A DNA stretch of 64,000 nt from Nitrospinaceae bacterium (GCA_965237905.1 OZ250172.1:1664001-1728000); one strand, 5' to 3'. Positions 48,428 to 62,418 are shown, counted from the first letter of the stretch. The notes: generated by a model not told the origin, from the letters alone. A program made the numbers and translations.

Positions 48428-49738
48428 GTGATTTTTGGAGAATTTGTGAGAAAACTTATACCTCTTCTACCGGCTCTATGTATTTTTCCGATAGGAGTTC
48501 TACTTATCGAGAGTTCCGTTTTAAGGCTTCTTTGGGCAACCTTAGGGCTGCTCTTTTTACTTAAAGTTGGCTCTGTTATTCGAAATATACAGCTTTCTCT
48601 GTCGTTACCTCAAAAGCTGGGTTGGATTCTCTATTTTTTGTTCTGGCCGGGAATGCGCCCCGAGTCTTTTGCTCGTCGATCTTCACAAGATGAAGAGGTT
48701 GGACATATCTTTGTGAAAGGATTTCTATCCTTTATTTTTGGGGTTGGTATCCAGATTGTTCTTTTTTGTTATTGGAATCAAATTTCTACATTTACTAGAC
48801 AGTATCTGGGACTATTTTCTTTTTTGATTTTAATTCACTTCGGGGTTTCTTCAATGCTGTTTGTTATCTTTAGAATTCTCGGGTGGAAGGTTGAATCTCT
48901 GTTTATGTCTCCTTTCAAAAGCACCTCCCTTAGAGATTTTTGGGGCCGCAGGTGGAATCTTGCCTTCGTCGACATGGATAAACGTCTTTTTCTACCACTT
49001 TTTCCTACAAACCTACCTAAGGCGGTTAGCTTCGTGGGGATTTTTTTGCTTTCTGGTATATTGCACGAAACCGGAATTAGTTACCCTGCGAATTCAGGAT
49101 GGGGCGGACCTTTGCTATATTTTGCTATTCATGGAGCTCTTACCTGGATAGAACCAAAACTTCCAGTAATTAATAGTTCTCGCACGGCAGGCAGAATTTG
49201 GCTTTGGGTATGTATTCTTCTGCCATTGCCTCTTTTGTTTCATCAGCCATTTTTAAAATCTTTTATCGAGCCTTATTTTACTTTTGGACATAACTTGGCG
49301 TCTTCAATGAAATCGATCGAAGTTCTTAAATGGGCTATTCTTGCGTGCGGATTAGGACACTTTCTTGTTTTGGTGGCCACCTTCCAGGTTCCGAAAAAAT
49401 TGAATTGGCACGAAGAGTTTTCAAAGCTTAGCCGGTTCAATAAAAAGATTTTCTGGACCTATGGAGGCTATATTGTTTTCTGCATTGTCTCTTTTGGAAT
49501 TATAGATCTGATCAACGCAAAAGATTTAATGGATATCAATCCCAGCTCACTGGCTATCGCTTTATTCATCTCAATTTTCTGGACTGCGAGAGTTATTGTT
49601 GATTTTTCCTATTATAAACATACCGATTGGCCGCCAGGAGATGAGTTTGTCGTAGGTCACACTTGCCTAACAACACTTTTCTGTTTTTTGGCGTTAACTC
49701 ATTGGAGCCTTGTTCTATGGCAGTTGACGCAAAATTGA
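48428..49738 (+). CDS. MBOAT (wax-synthase-like) membrane O-acyltransferase with extra C-terminal membrane domain
   Basis: PFKSTSLRDFWGRRWN, FLLSGILHE; markedly T-rich codon usage. Confidence 0.82.
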   Translation: MIFGEFVRKLIPLLPALCIFPIGVLLIESSVLRLLWATLGLLFLLKVGSVIRNIQLSLSLPQKLGWILYFLFWPGMRPESFARRSSQDEEVGHIFVKGFLSFIFGVGIQIVLFCYWNQISTFTRQYLGLFSFLILIHFGVSSMLFVIFRILGWKVESLFMSPFKSTSLRDFWGRRWNLAFVDMDKRLFLPLFPTNLPKAVSFVGIFLLSGILHETGISYPANSGWGGPLLYFAIHGALTWIEPKLPVINSSRTAGRIWLWVCILLPLPLLFHQPFLKSFIEPYFTFGHNLASSMKSIEVLKWAILACGLGHFLVLVATFQVPKKLNWHEEFSKLSRFNKKIFWTYGGYIVFCIVSFGIIDLINAKDLMDINPSSLAIALFISIFWTARVIVDFSYYKHTDWPPGDEFVVGHTCLTTLFCFLALTHWSLVLWQLTQN

Positions 49739-49867
49739 AGTTAAGAAATCTCCAAGAGATAGAGGCACATGGATGGATCCCCCTTTTCTTGAATAGTTCT
49801 CGATAAGTTTCACTTTTCATTAACGGTCAGCCACTTTTCCTCCCCGGTTACGGGGCCTGGGAAGGAG

Positions 49868-49959
<92 letters not shown>

Positions 49960-49980
49960 ATTTTAAATTTTATTTGATAT

Positions 49981-50137
49981 CAATTGCGCCCAAGGATTTC
50001 GCTCACCGTCAACGTTCAGCAAGTCTCGTCCCTCGTAGAGGGCCGGGCAAGGCCCGGAGCAAATTTAAAATGCTAAATTGCGCTCCACGGTCGTCGCTCG
50101 CTGTTAACAGTTAGCCAGTTCCCCCTCTGGGGAAGAG
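49981..50137 (+). repeat. Tandem family A repeats between tRNA-Ser(GCT) and tRNA-Ser(TGA)
   Basis: AATTGCGCCCAAGGA, CCGGGCAAGGCCCGG, GCTGTTAACAGTTAGCCAGTTCCCCCTCTGGGGAAGAG. Confidence 0.9.
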
Positions 50138-50220
50138 CGGAGGGAGTAGGATTCGAACCCACGGTACTTTCGTACAACGGTTTTCAAGACCGCCGCCTTA
50201 AACCACTCGGCCATCCCTCC
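50138..50220 (-). tRNA. tRNA-Ser(TGA), CCA not encoded
   Basis: GCGGT-CTTGAAA-ACCGT anticodon arm, acceptor GGAGGGA/TCCCTCC. Confidence 0.95.
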
Positions 50221-50344
50221 CCGCTTGGAACCCTTAGTGGACGCCGAAATCCATCACCCGTGGGTTCAGCCGAACGGTTGTGCAACCGCCGACCGCAACC
50301 CGTGGGTGTTACATGGATTTGTGGGTGTCAATATATCACGATTT

Positions 50345-50983
50345 TTAGATTTTCAAACCGGAAGCTTTGGGGATGCTCCAGGCAGTATATACGGCGAGAC
50401 CGACCCAGAGTAGATCGAAGCCACTGGCCATGGCTACAAGGTCTTCTCCAAAGTACTGGATCATTCCCATTGAGAACATGGACAGCCCTTCGGCGAATTC
50501 GGCCCCTTTCTCCGCAACGACACCGCCTTTTACCCAATCGAAGAAGAACATGTACTTGCCGATCACGATACCCAGCACACTGGCCACCACGGCGATGACT
50601 TGCAACGGCATGCCGCGTTTGCCCTGGGACATCATCACGACGCCCATTCCGCACAGCAGCCCCACACCCCAAGCCACGTACCCGACTTCATAACCGGTCC
50701 AGATGGCGATTGCCCCCCAAATGGCTCCGCTCACAACGGCGGCGATCAAGCCTCCCAACAAAGCAGGGACCAACACCTCGCCGGAAAACTCCTCCTCTTG
50801 AACGCTTTTTTTCAATTGGAAATAAATGCGTTCCACTGCCTGATTGGCTTCCGATTCGGTCATTCCCGACTGAACCAGGTTCCGCACTACTTCCGTCCGG
50901 TTTTTGCCACTCCCTAATTGTTCCGCGATCATTACTTCCAAGTCATCCTTTGATTGCGTTCCTGCCTCTCCCTTGTTCGCCAT
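50345..50983 (-). CDS. Hypothetical membrane protein
   Basis: RBS AGGAGG, soluble N-terminus plus about 4 TMs (TGYEVGYVAWGVG). Confidence 0.75.
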   Translation of the reverse strand: MANKGEAGTQSKDDLEVMIAEQLGSGKNRTEVVRNLVQSGMTESEANQAVERIYFQLKKSVQEEEFSGEVLVPALLGGLIAAVVSGAIWGAIAIWTGYEVGYVAWGVGLLCGMGVVMMSQGKRGMPLQVIAVVASVLGIVIGKYMFFFDWVKGGVVAEKGAEFAEGLSMFSMGMIQYFGEDLVAMASGFDLLWVGLAVYTAWSIPKASGLKI

Positions 50984-51162
50984 CTCAATCCTCCTTTAAA
51001 AATTGTCATAACAAGCACTTTCAATGCATGTTTTAAGTATAAGGAGGGAAACGCGAAAAAGCTAAAAAGTATTTGGAAATAAGGAGTTACAGATGGAAAG
51101 TGATTATGCCCTCCGGGTTCGGTGGGGTTTTTCAATCGGTTTGGGAACAGGATTACCTTTAC

Positions 51163-51361
51163 CTCTTGCCCAGAGGGGGAACTTGTTGACGGTTGACAGC
51201 AGACGGCAATCATTGAGCACAATTGAAAGATTTCAATTGTGCTCCGGGGAGGCGGCGGCGAATCTATGTTTTAAACGTAAACCCAGATTCTTCGTCGCAT
51301 ACGCTCCTCAGAATGACAGAGAAATATTTATTGTCATCCTGAGCGCCAGCGAAGGATCTGT
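51163..51361. repeat. Family A repeat (reverse) plus AGATTCTTC...CAGAATGACA / TGTCATCCTGAGC...GAAGGATCT inverted pair
   Basis: Downstream of serS; related half-sites at 13847-13858 and 30628-30650. Confidence 0.85.
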
Positions 51362-51372
51362 GTTTTAATAAT

Positions 51373-52662
51373 TCACTGACTTAATGCAATATGATCTTGG
51401 CCGTCGAGGTAGGGTTGCAGGGGTTCGGGGATACGGATACTGCCGTCGGCCTGTTGGTAGTTTTCGAGCACGGCGACGAACAGTCGGCCGGCCGCCAATC
51501 CGGACCCGTTCAATGTGTGCACCAATTCCGGTTTGCCGCCGTCTTTGCTTTTATACCGGATCATCGCGCGGCGAGCCTGGTAGTCGGTGAAATTACTGCA
51601 TGAAGAAATTTCCCGATACGTGTTCTGGCTGGGGAGCCAGACTTCGAGATCATACGTTTTGGCGGCGGAGAACCCGAGGTCGCCGGTACATAAATTGACC
51701 ACGCGGTAATGCAGGTTCAACTTTTGCAGAATCGACTCGGCATCGGTCACCAGTTTTTCCAATTCCTCATATGAATGTTCCGGTTTCACGAATTTGACCA
51801 GCTCCACTTTGTCGAATTGATGCTGGCGGATGATGCCCTGCGTGTCTTTGCCGTAAGATCCTGCCTCACGGCGGAAACAAAGCGTGTAGGCGGCGTACTT
51901 GACCGGTAACGATTCCTCCGGAAGAATTTCATCGCGGTGGTAATTGGTAACAGGCACTTCCGCAGTGGGGATGAGAAATAATTCATCGTCCTTCAGTTTG
52001 AATAAATCTTCTTCAAATTTGGGGAGCTGTCCGGTTCCCTCCAGGCTGTCTTTGTTGACCAGCACCGGGGGATACATTTCCTCGTATCCATTGTCACGCG
52101 TTTGCATATTGAGCATAAAGTTGATGAGGGCACGGAGCAGGGCGGCGCCCTGTCCTTTAAACACGGCAAACCGCGCGCCGGAGATTTTGGCAGCGCGTTT
52201 CAAATCGAGCAGACCCAGTTCCTCTCCCAGCTCCAGATGATTCTTTGGCTTAAAATCGAATGACGGTTTTTTACCCCATACCCGCACTTCCTGATTCTGA
52301 GATTCGTCCGCTCCGTCGGGAGTGCTTTCGCTGGGCAGGTTGGGAATGTTGAGGAGAATATCGCGGAGCTTCTCTTGCAGAGGTTTTATATCTTCGTCCT
52401 GCTTCTTAAGCGCAATGTTGATCGCTTTGACAAGCTCCATAAGATCGGAAGCAGCTTGACCTTTCTTTTTAAGTTCTCCGATTTGTTCTGAAGCTGACTT
52501 CTTTTCGTATCTTAGGGTCTGGGAACCGTTGAGCTCAACTCTAAGTTTTTCATCAACCTCAAGTAGCCGGTCCAAGTCCTTCAAGGTTCCGGGTCCGCGC
52601 CGGTTCAACTGGCTTTGGACCGCTTTGGCCTGCTCTCTGATGAGTTTGATATCCAGCATCAA
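51373..52662 (-). CDS. serS: Seryl-tRNA synthetase
   Basis: [46 protein letters not shown]. Confidence 0.98.
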   Translation of the reverse strand: MMLDIKLIREQAKAVQSQLNRRGPGTLKDLDRLLEVDEKLRVELNGSQTLRYEKKSASEQIGELKKKGQAASDLMELVKAINIALKKQDEDIKPLQEKLRDILLNIPNLPSESTPDGADESQNQEVRVWGKKPSFDFKPKNHLELGEELGLLDLKRAAKISGARFAVFKGQGAALLRALINFMLNMQTRDNGYEEMYPPVLVNKDSLEGTGQLPKFEEDLFKLKDDELFLIPTAEVPVTNYHRDEILPEESLPVKYAAYTLCFRREAGSYGKDTQGIIRQHQFDKVELVKFVKPEHSYEELEKLVTDAESILQKLNLHYRVVNLCTGDLGFSAAKTYDLEVWLPSQNTYREISSCSNFTDYQARRAMIRYKSKDGGKPELVHTLNGSGLAAGRLFVAVLENYQQADGSIRIPEPLQPYLDGQDHIALSQ

Positions 52663-53507
52663 CTTTTTCTTCGGTAGCGTTTAGGAATTTTGCGTTTGGT
52701 TTTGCCGCCTTTTTTGATGCGTCCCTCGATGCCTTCCAGTTTCATTTTCAACAGCGCGGGGTATTTATAATCGCCTTCCAGGCTTTTGAACCGGTTGTAG
52801 GCCAGTTTCAATTTGCCTTCCTCTTCCAGGCAGGAGGCCATGACAAATTCCATTTCTCCGGAAAAGGTGCTCTTCGGATAAAGCACCCGAAACTGGGAAT
52901 ATTTTCCCCGGGCATCCACACACCGTTCCATGTTGTGAAGAATTTCGGTACTCCTCAGGTAAGCCTCCTCGGACCACGGATTCCTGGGGTAACTTTCCAC
53001 CAGGATATCGAATTCCACGAGAGCCTGTTCATAGTTGTGTTTTTTAAAATAGATGGCGGCGATACGAAACTGCTGCTCGGGGTGTTCTTCGGGCAGTTTG
53101 TATTCGTTGATCAGTTTCTGATACTCGATGATGGCCTGATCGAGATCCCGGAAATTGAGCTCCACAATTTCGGCGATATATTTTTGCGCTCCGTGGGCAA
53201 ACTCGCCGCGCGGACGGATGTTGACCACTTCCTGAAAATAACTGATCGCCTTGGTCGTTTCCCCCAACCCGAAATAATAAATCTCACCCAGCCGGTACAG
53301 GGCTTCCTCGGCATGAGGGCCGGAGGGAGCAATCTCCAAAACGGCGTTAAACAGTTCAATGGCACTGTGATTGCGCCCTTGAACCCATTCCTCATTGGCT
53401 TTTAGCAACAGATTGTCGACTCGGCTATCCCCGCAACCCAGCATTGTCAGGAGGAGAATGTATATTGCGATGTGATAAACGATTCGGAATCTGAGTTTCA
53501 AGAACAT
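52659..53507 (-). CDS. TPR lipoprotein (BamD/CpoB-like repeats)
   Basis: Lipobox [18 protein letters not shown]-x-x-P motifs. Start moved to ATG 53507 because the longer ORF start lies in a repeat. Confidence 0.75.
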   Translation of the reverse strand: MFLKLRFRIVYHIAIYILLLTMLGCGDSRVDNLLLKANEEWVQGRNHSAIELFNAVLEIAPSGPHAEEALYRLGEIYYFGLGETTKAISYFQEVVNIRPRGEFAHGAQKYIAEIVELNFRDLDQAIIEYQKLINEYKLPEEHPEQQFRIAAIYFKKHNYEQALVEFDILVESYPRNPWSEEAYLRSTEILHNMERCVDARGKYSQFRVLYPKSTFSGEMEFVMASCLEEEGKLKLAYNRFKSLEGDYKYPALLKMKLEGIEGRIKKGGKTKRKIPKRYRRKS

Positions 53508-53520
53508 CTTCCTAGAGTGA

Positions 53521-53768
53521 TTTAAAACCGCTCGATCAATCGAGCAATTACGAAATAGGGAAAGGGTCATCAACCACCCCCAGCCCCTCCTTTAAAAGGA
53601 GGGGAGAGGTTCAATTGTGCTCAACGATCATTGTTTGCTGTCAACCGCCAACCAACTCCCCCTCCGGGGAGGCGGCGGCGAATCGCCGCAGATAAGCTAA
53701 ACCTTTAATTGCGCCCAACTATTCCCTCTGGGCGGTGACTGTCAGCCAGTTCCCCCTCTGGGGAAGAG
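53521..53768. repeat. Mosaic repeat cluster abutting the gyrA stop codon
   Basis: Inverted copy of 40406-40577 plus a further family A core ending TTCCCCCTCTGGGGAAGAG. Confidence 0.9.
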
Positions 53769-56186
53769 TTATTCAACAAACTTTTCTACGCCGACCACCC
53801 GGGTGTCTTCTTGCATGCGCGCGAGGCGAACCCCCTGAGTGTTCCTGCCAATCACAGATATTTCCTTGACCGCCATGCGAATGATGTTGCCTGTGGAGGT
53901 GACCATCAACAGCTCATCTTCCTCCGTCACCCGTTCGATGCCGACCACATGCCCGATCTTTTCGTTGCACCGAATGGTGATCACCCCCGTCCCTCCGCGG
54001 CCTTGCAACGGATATTCCTCAAGTGAGGTGCGCTTGCCATAACCGTTCGCGGTCACAGTGAGGATCGTATTACCGGATTCCACGATTTCGGCGCCGACCA
54101 CCCGGTCTTCCCCCTTGAACCGGATACCCTGCACCCCGCGGCCCGTACGGCCGATGGCCCGGACATCGGTTTCCTTGAACCGGATTGCCATGCCCGACTG
54201 CGTGGCCAGCAGGATATCCTGTTTGCCGTCGCTGATATTCGCGGAAATCACCTGATCGTCCTCGTCGAGTGTCAGGCCGATGATGCCCCCCTGACGGGCC
54301 TTGCTGTATGCCATCAACGATGTTTTCTTGACGACCCCTTTTTCGGTGGCGCAGAGGACATACTTGTTTTCTTCAAAGGTTTTAACGGAGAGAATGCTGG
54401 CGATTTTTTCATTGGGCTTCAACGCCAGCAGGTTGGCGATGGATTTGCCTTTGGCGGTACGTCCCGCTTCCGGAATGTTGTACACCTTCAACCATTGCAC
54501 TTTGCCGAGGCTGGTGAAAATAAGCAGGGTATCGAGACTGGAGGCGACGAACAACTGGTGGACGACATCCTCCTCCACCACGCCCATGCCTTTGATGCCC
54601 TTGCCGCCCCGCCGTTGGGCGCGATAGTTGCCGGTACTCTGGCGCTTAATGTACCCGCCGCGCGAATAGGTGACCACCATGTCTTCGTCGGCGATCATGT
54701 CTTCGATATCGATTTCCGCTTCTTCCGTTTCGACAATTTCGGTCCTGCGGTCATCACCGTATTTATCTTTGATGGCCGTCAACTCGTCGCGGATGATCTT
54801 CATCTTGACGTCTTCATTGGCGAGAATGTTTTCCAGTCCTTTGATTTCTTTTCGGATCGCTTCCAGGTCGTCGAGAATTTTCTGCCGTTCCAGACCGGTG
54901 AGTCTCTGCAAGCGCATTTCCAGAATGGCTTTCGCCTGGATTTCGGACAACTCGAACTGGCTCATCAACCCGTCGCGTGCTTCTGCCGGGTCTTTCGCGT
55001 TGCGGATCAATTGCACCACCTCGTCCAGATGGTCGAGGGCGATGGTGAGACCTTCCAGAATATGTTCGCGTTCGCGCGCTTTTCTGAGGTCGAACTCGGT
55101 GCGCCGTGTGACGACCTCCCGCCGGAACAACACGAACTGGTGCAGGACGTCTTTCAGGTTCAGCACCTTCGGCTGGCGGCCGACCACAGCCAGCATGATG
55201 ATCCCAAAGGTTTCCTGCATCTGGGTATTTTTATACAAGGTGTTGATCATGACCTGCGAGTTGATGCTCTTCTTGAGCTCGATCACCACGCGGATGCCAT
55301 CGCGGTCCGATTCATCCCGAAGATCGCTGATCCCGTCCAGTTTTTTGTCACGGTGCATCTGGGCAATCTGTTTCACCAGCCGGGCTTTGTTCACCTGAAA
55401 CGGCAGTTCCCGCACGATGATAGATTCCCGATCGCCTTTTGGATTGGTTTCTATTTCCACTCGGGCCCGCACTTTGATCTGGCCCCTGCCCCGGTGGTAA
55501 GCCGCGCGCAGACCCGCCGTTCCGTACACCAGACCGCTCGTCGGGAAATCCGGGCCGGGTACCAATTTGATGAGATCGTCAATCACGCAGTCAGGGTGGT
55601 CGATCAAATGGATAGTGGCGGCAACGATTTCCCGAAGGTTGTGCGGAGGAATGTTGGTCGCCATGCCCACGGCAATACCGGACGAACCGTTGACCAACAG
55701 CTGAGGAAATGCCGCGGGCAATACCGTGGGTTCTTCGAGCGATTCATCGTAGTTGGGAGTGAAGCTCACCGTGTCTTTTCCCAGATCCTCGAGAAGATTC
55801 TGGGTGATCTGCGCCATGCGCACTTCGGTGTAACGCATCGCGGCGGCGGTATCGCCATCGACCGAACCGAAGTTGCCCTTACCATCGACCAGGGGATAAC
55901 GCAGGGAAAAACTCTGAGCCATACGGACCAGTGCATCGTAGACGGCGGTATCGCCGTGCGGGTGAAATTTACCCAACACTTCACCGACGATGGCGGCGGA
56001 CTTTTTGCGCGGCCGGTTGACGACATTGTTCTGCCCATGCATCGCGTATAAAATTCTGCGGTGCACCGGCTTGAGGCCGTCACGCACATCGGGCAGGGCA
56101 CGCCCGATGATGACGCTCATCGCGTAATCGAGATACGAACTGCGCATCTCGTCTTCGATATTGATCAACTCAATGGAATCTGCCAT
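53769..56186 (-). CDS. gyrA: DNA gyrase subunit A
   Basis: [22 protein letters not shown], GyrA-box QRRGGKG. Confidence 0.98.
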   Translation of the reverse strand: MADSIELINIEDEMRSSYLDYAMSVIIGRALPDVRDGLKPVHRRILYAMHGQNNVVNRPRKKSAAIVGEVLGKFHPHGDTAVYDALVRMAQSFSLRYPLVDGKGNFGSVDGDTAAAMRYTEVRMAQITQNLLEDLGKDTVSFTPNYDESLEEPTVLPAAFPQLLVNGSSGIAVGMATNIPPHNLREIVAATIHLIDHPDCVIDDLIKLVPGPDFPTSGLVYGTAGLRAAYHRGRGQIKVRARVEIETNPKGDRESIIVRELPFQVNKARLVKQIAQMHRDKKLDGISDLRDESDRDGIRVVIELKKSINSQVMINTLYKNTQMQETFGIIMLAVVGRQPKVLNLKDVLHQFVLFRREVVTRRTEFDLRKAREREHILEGLTIALDHLDEVVQLIRNAKDPAEARDGLMSQFELSEIQAKAILEMRLQRLTGLERQKILDDLEAIRKEIKGLENILANEDVKMKIIRDELTAIKDKYGDDRRTEIVETEEAEIDIEDMIADEDMVVTYSRGGYIKRQSTGNYRAQRRGGKGIKGMGVVEEDVVHQLFVASSLDTLLIFTSLGKVQWLKVYNIPEAGRTAKGKSIANLLALKPNEKIASILSVKTFEENKYVLCATEKGVVKKTSLMAYSKARQGGIIGLTLDEDDQVISANISDGKQDILLATQSGMAIRFKETDVRAIGRTGRGVQGIRFKGEDRVVGAEIVESGNTILTVTANGYGKRTSLEEYPLQGRGGTGVITIRCNEKIGHVVGIERVTEEDELLMVTSTGNIIRMAVKEISVIGRNTQGVRLARMQEDTRVVGVEKFVE

Positions 56187-56213
56187 AGCCTTCTACATTG
56201 GGGGGCGTAACAA

Positions 56214-58817
<2,604 letters not shown>

Positions 58818-59052
58818 CTAATCCAAACAAGTAAAATTTAAGAGTATAAATCTAGTAGTAGTAGTAGGGACTGTGTAAATGGGGGAAACCCGGCTAACTT
58901 ATGTATTATAAATATAACTATTAATGAACAAAAACCTCAGTTTCCGGCTTTCTCCGTGGACGGATGGGGATAGTTTTTAGCCGAAATTATTATACCTTAA
59001 TTTCGATGTTTTTATCATAGTTTTTGCACAGCTTTTTTACAGGTTATCCATT
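58818..59052. other. Probable oriC (DnaA-trios plus DnaA boxes)
   Basis: AT-rich tract, (TAG)5 at 58853-58867, GGAC, TGTGTAAA-TGGGGGAAA boxes; TTTTGCACA at 59022-59030 and further degenerate boxes; immediately downstream of dnaA. Confidence 0.85.
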
Positions 59053-60390
59053 TTCAATCAGCTTGATAATCTCCTGAACCTTCTTCCCCATTTCCTTGTT
59101 TTCATTGAGCATACCGGAAACCTTGCGATAGGAGAAAATGACGGTGGTGTGATCTTTGCCGCCAAACTGGCGGCCGATTTCGGGGAGCGATGCCTGGGTA
59201 AATTCGCGACAGATATACATGGCAATCTGACGCGGAATCGAGATGTCCCGGGAGCGCTTTTTGGACTTCAAATCCGCGACTTTTAATTGGAAAAATTGGG
59301 CCACGGTTTTTTGAATATTAGGTATGGTGAAATGGCGATTTTTGTCGACGGTGAAATCCTTTAAAACTTCTTGCGCCAACTCAAGATTAATTTCTCTGCG
59401 GGTGAATGATCCGTAAGCGATGATCCGCAGTAATAAGCCTTCCAGTTCCCGGATATTGGATTTGATATTGTTAGCCAGAAACATAGCCACATCCTGAGGG
59501 ATGGTTTTTTGGTGGATTTCGGCTTTTTGATACAGGATAGCCATTTTCGTTTCCAGGTCCGGCGGCATGATGTCTGCAATCAACCCGCTTTCGAACCGGG
59601 ATCGTAGCCGCTCCTCGATGTTTTGCATATCCTTGGGATAGCGGTCGCTGGAGATGACAATCTGCTTGTGATACTCGTAAAGGGTATTGAAGGTGTAAAA
59701 GAATTCCTCCTGCGTGCGCTCCTTCCCCGCAATAAACTGAATATCATCTACCAGCAGAACGTCCAATGGCCGGTAGCGTTCACGAAACCCCTGCATTCGC
59801 TCTTTTTTAATGGACTCGATTAAATCCACCGTGAAACTTTCTGCGGAGATGTAACGTACCTGGGTCTGTGGATTGGCTTGCACAATGGCATTGCCAATGG
59901 CGTGGAGGAGATGCGTCTTGCCCAACCCGACCGCTCCGTACAAAAACAGGGGATTGTAATTATGGGCCGGGTTCCCGGCCACTGCTTGGCCCGCGGCGTG
60001 AGCGAACTGGTTATTGGGTCCCACCACAAAATTTTCAAAGTTGTATTTCGGATTTAAGAACCCTTTGTTGAACAGAGGGGTAGGTGGGGGTATATCCTTA
60101 ACTTTTTGCGGTTCCTGGACCTCTGTCGATGAGGACGCATTCTTTTTAAAATCACTATTAACCCGGAAGCGCACTGCCAACTTTTTATTGGACACGGTTT
60201 CCAGAGCGTTCTCAATCAGCTCCAGATAGTTTTCCGTCAGGCATTTTTCATAAAAACGGTTGGGCACGGCGATGGTCAAAACGTTTTCATCTTTGGAGCA
60301 GGCATACGTTGGCGTAAACCACGTATTAAAATTTTCAGGAAGAACTTGCTTCTCTATTTCTTCGAGACAGTTGTTCCAAAGAACCTCCAT
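59044..60390 (-). CDS. dnaA: Chromosomal replication initiator
   Basis: FNTWF, YNPLFLYGAVGLGKTHL, DDIQF, QEEFF, RELEG, GKDHTTV; start set at ATG 60390. Confidence 0.98.
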   Translation of the reverse strand: MEVLWNNCLEEIEKQVLPENFNTWFTPTYACSKDENVLTIAVPNRFYEKCLTENYLELIENALETVSNKKLAVRFRVNSDFKKNASSSTEVQEPQKVKDIPPPTPLFNKGFLNPKYNFENFVVGPNNQFAHAAGQAVAGNPAHNYNPLFLYGAVGLGKTHLLHAIGNAIVQANPQTQVRYISAESFTVDLIESIKKERMQGFRERYRPLDVLLVDDIQFIAGKERTQEEFFYTFNTLYEYHKQIVISSDRYPKDMQNIEERLRSRFESGLIADIMPPDLETKMAILYQKAEIHQKTIPQDVAMFLANNIKSNIRELEGLLLRIIAYGSFTRREINLELAQEVLKDFTVDKNRHFTIPNIQKTVAQFFQLKVADLKSKKRSRDISIPRQIAMYICREFTQASLPEIGRQFGGKDHTTVIFSYRKVSGMLNENKEMGKKVQEIIKLIENG

Positions 60391-60911
60391 ACAGGGCTCC
60401 GAGCACTTGGTTTGAAAATTAAAATATATCAGGTAGGAGGACGGCAATATATAAAACGGGTGGATCGAAATCAACTACAAAAGAAATTTAAAATAGTGTG
60501 GGGGTCCTAAGTAAAGTAATAACATGGTCTTCGCGTTCAAAACTTTTTTAAACTTTATCGCTCGACCTTCCTTCATTTTTTATGCGTGGTGATCACCTTA
60601 TTTTCTGCAAGAGCAACGCATTTAAATCCATGAGTTTATCCCGCCACTCCCTTGCGTTGTTTTGCAACTAACAGAAACCCGCGACACGCGGGCGGCAATT
60701 TCAGGTAGGAATTTGCCTCAGGGTTTTTAACGAAACCTTGCGATTTTAAAAGCGTCGTTGCGAAATCATCGTTGCGGTGCATTGTAATCAACGTTCCAAC
60801 CGGCTTCCGTGCGCAGGAAGCCCAACACCCTTCCTCAAGGGACGGACTGTTCGAAACGGTCCGTCCCAGCCCGCCTTAAACGGTTAACCTAAATTCTAAT
60901 CGGAGAACACC

Positions 60912-61100
60912 ATGCAATGGCTGAAAGGTAAGAAAACCTACATCATCGCCGGCCTGATGGCCTCGGCGTCACTCGTTCACCTCATGTCAGGTGATATGGG
61001 CCTCGCGGAATTCGTCACCAGCGAGCACTTGAGCACTCTTTTGGAAGGCGTGGGCCTGGGGACCCTCCGGGCCGGCGTATCCAGCAATCGTGGTTATTAA
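60912..61100 (+). CDS. Small holin-like membrane protein
   Basis: 62 aa, RBS GGAG, KGKKTYII...GLGTLRAGV with hydrophobic segments; first gene of a phage-like operon. Confidence 0.55.
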   Translation: MQWLKGKKTYIIAGLMASASLVHLMSGDMGLAEFVTSEHLSTLLEGVGLGTLRAGVSSNRGY

Positions 61101-61434
61101 TTTCGCACTCGCCGCGCTGACTGCGCTTGTTCTGGCCGGGAACCCCGCGTCCTCGTCCGACAAGAACCGAATCCTCGATGCCCGTTGGTCGCTCAATCCC
61201 GCCGGGCAGTTGCAGTTGTGGTTTGATCCTCTACACAACGGACGGGATGAATTTGAGGAGACGTACACGGTGATCCTCAATGACCGCGCACCCAAAATGT
61301 GCGGCGACCCGGATGGCACCGGCCGGCATACCTGGTTCTTCACCGATGCCCTCCTGATCGAAGTGGTGCCGGTGCGTTCACAGGCTACCCCAATCTACCC
61401 CCATCCTCAAAAACGTAAGGAACTCCCGCGATGA
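61090..61434 (+). CDS. Exported hypothetical protein
   Basis: Signal-like N-terminus; overlaps both neighbours. Confidence 0.6.
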   Translation: MVINFALAALTALVLAGNPASSSDKNRILDARWSLNPAGQLQLWFDPLHNGRDEFEETYTVILNDRAPKMCGDPDGTGRHTWFFTDALLIEVVPVRSQATPIYPHPQKRKELPR

Positions 61435-61937
61435 CTTTGGAAATATTGCGAACAGTTACGCCCTTCATCACCTTGTTGCTGATGATCGGGGTGTGGGTGA
61501 TCGGCTGGCTGGTCAAGCGCCTCATGACCGAAAGCGGTTTGCATTTTGCCGATCTCAAGAAAGAACTGAAGCACAAGATCGATCAGCGTAGCTGGGAGCT
61601 GGAAAAACGCATGGACAAGCTGGAGCGCGACCTCGAAAAACTCGAAGCCTCCCGCCTCGTCGATCAGAAGTATCTGTACGAGCAGTTCGTGCCCAAGGAA
61701 GGGTTTTACCGCACCATCGGCAAAACCGAAAGCTCCATCGGGCGCATCTTCAAACTCATCAACGAACTCAACAAAACGGTCCACCGACTCCCCTCACGGG
61801 GAGGGGGGGGCGAATCGCCGCAGACCAGCGTGACGCTGGACCCAATTTTTGAATTGTGTCCAACGACCGTCGACAGGAGTCAACAGTCAGCGAGCTCCCC
61901 CTCCGGAGAGGAGTCGCCGCCCCCTTCCCATGAATGA
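61431..61937 (+). CDS. TM plus coiled-coil protein resembling Mu-like pre-terminase (DUF2730-type) proteins; C-terminus repeat-derived
   Basis: N-terminal TM, heptad region, QFVPKEGF motif; family A repeat at 61788-61912 is translated. Confidence 0.6.
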   Translation: MTLEILRTVTPFITLLLMIGVWVIGWLVKRLMTESGLHFADLKKELKHKIDQRSWELEKRMDKLERDLEKLEASRLVDQKYLYEQFVPKEGFYRTIGKTESSIGRIFKLINELNKTVHRLPSRGGGGESPQTSVTLDPIFELCPTTVDRSQQSASSPSGEESPPPSHE

Positions 61938-62418
61938 AGCCCATCACGATGCCTCCCTCCAACAGTTGATGGAGGAAATGGTCGACGCCAAACAGGCCGT
62001 CCAAGCAGTCCTCAAAATTTCGCCGGAAGACATTCAGCTCCACCGCATTCACGGGATGTACACCGGCCATATCCTTGACATCCGCAAAACCATGATGCAG
62101 GAGCAGGCCGTCGACCGCGATCAACTGCTGATCGACACCCTGAAAGGGGTGGTCAATTTCCTGCTCCAGAAAGACGAGGGGGAATCGGCCCAATTCATCG
62201 GCGACAACCTGGAAGAGATAGGAAATAAGGTGAAAGAATTTTGGCAGGATTCAAAAGCATTTCCAAATTGGCCAACGGCTACGACGACATCCGGCAACTC
62301 ATCGCCCGCGCCCTCACGCCCTTCGGCAAAACCACCCCCAAACAAAAAGAGCGGCGCAAAAAACGGGCGCAGAAAGACCTCCGCTTCTTCGCCGAAACCT
62401 ACTTCCCGCATTACCTGA
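61931..62418 (+). CDS. Putative small terminase-like protein
   Basis: Helical about 105-aa core directly before terL (position-based call); tail overlaps terL by 178 nt. Confidence 0.5.

Noticed and set aside
55950..55990. GyrA QRDR Thr at the Ser83-equivalent position as acquired resistance
   Set aside because: Thr is the natural residue at this position in many bacteria, for example Pseudomonas
54495..56051. 518-aa plus-strand ORF
   Set aside because: Antisense shadow of gyrA caused by codon bias; the same applies to 29608-30513 and 62121-62972
60391..60474. Longer dnaA N-terminus from the ORF track
   Set aside because: The extension starts at a non-ATG codon and looks non-coding; the domain I pattern begins at MEVLW
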